A stretch of 25,528 bases of DNA. Origin: Candidatus Thorarchaeota archaeon (GTDB lineage Archaea; Asgardarchaeota; Thorarchaeia; Thorarchaeales; Thorarchaeaceae). Of this stretch, positions 25,287-25,528 are shown in pieces. Location: the NCBI GenBank assembly GCA_016840855.1, contig JAEORO010000036.1, positions 1 through 25,528 on the forward strand, read 5' to 3'. Under the pieces are notes generated by a model. That model searched no databases. It saw only the letters and a program-made list of their open reading frames with translations, and was not told the origin of the DNA. The number at the start of each line of letters is the position of its first letter. Position 1 is the first letter of the stretch. The translations under genes were made by a program, and so were the position numbers.

Positions 25287-25307
25287 AATCTTACAAATTG
25301 TAAGATT
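25287..25307. promoter_or_regulatory. Perfect 10-bp inverted repeat, candidate high-affinity operator
   Basis: AATCTTACAA-A-TTGTAAGATT in the divergent intergenic region. It contains TTACA-AAT-TGTAA. Confidence 0.62.
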
Positions 25308-25403
25308 AAGCTAACTATAGTTGTGGTAAGAGGGGACATATTTTTATTGTCCTGCTTGTGAAAATTACAAACCCTAATCTACGGACAATGGTGAAAAAAA
25401 CCA

Positions 25404-25528
25404 ATGGTGTACTACACTGAAGAGACCTCTAGGGTCAATAAGCGCTTAGTAGCAGGGTACTACCTGTTCCTTTGCTTGATTGGTTTCGCCATTCTCCTAG
25501 GACCTACGGGATCTGGAATACCTATCAC
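25404..25528 (+). CDS. N-terminus of a divergently transcribed exported or membrane protein (runs off the window edge)
   Basis: Hand translation gives MVYYTEETSRVNKRLVAGYYLFLCLIGFAILLGPTGSGIPI, open to the edge. GGTGA at 25390-25394, and a basic then hydrophobic signal-like pattern. Confidence 0.6.
   Translation, partial: MVYYTEETSRVNKRLVAGYYLFLCLIGFAILLGPTGSGIPI

Noticed and set aside
25356-25370. TTGTGA-AAA-TTACAA as a Rex operator
   Set aside because: It is three bases shorter than the 18-bp Rex consensus, imperfect, and present in a single copy.
1-25528. CRISPR arrays, tRNA/rRNA genes, transposases or recent DNA-level duplications
   Set aside because: I saw no regularly spaced repeats, cloverleaf signatures or transposase motifs. 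The paralogy is visible only at protein level.

Overview
This window looks archaeal. The Shine-Dalgarno sites are GGTGA/AGGAG type and CcmE is the CxxxY type. The gene mix is compatible with an Asgard archaeon such as Thorarchaeia, but that assignment is inference only. The left ~6.5 kb is housekeeping: a partial transaldolase, rpe, a GT87-like glycosyltransferase, an orphan membrane protein, mutS and an iron-sulfur flavoprotein. The remaining ~18.5 kb (6520-25042, all minus strand) is one coherent redox locus. It holds four pairs of a VAO/GlcD-fold FAD oxidoreductase and a GlcF/HdrD-like 2[4Fe-4S]+CCG protein, in two subtypes, and all four flavoproteins lack the canonical GEHG motif. It also holds three His-bearing membrane domains that may be cytochrome b, two paralogous exported beta-rich proteins with non-canonical CX3CH and CX4CH heme-c-like motifs, and a phytoene-desaturase/HpnE-like flavoprotein. 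It ends in a ccmABCDE cytochrome c maturation cluster that includes an uncalled 46-aa ccmD but no ccmF. A palindrome, TTRCA-N3-TGYAA, recurs in four intergenic regions, and a G-U-containing RNA hairpin sits inside the operon. I saw no rRNA, tRNA, CRISPR array or mobile element.
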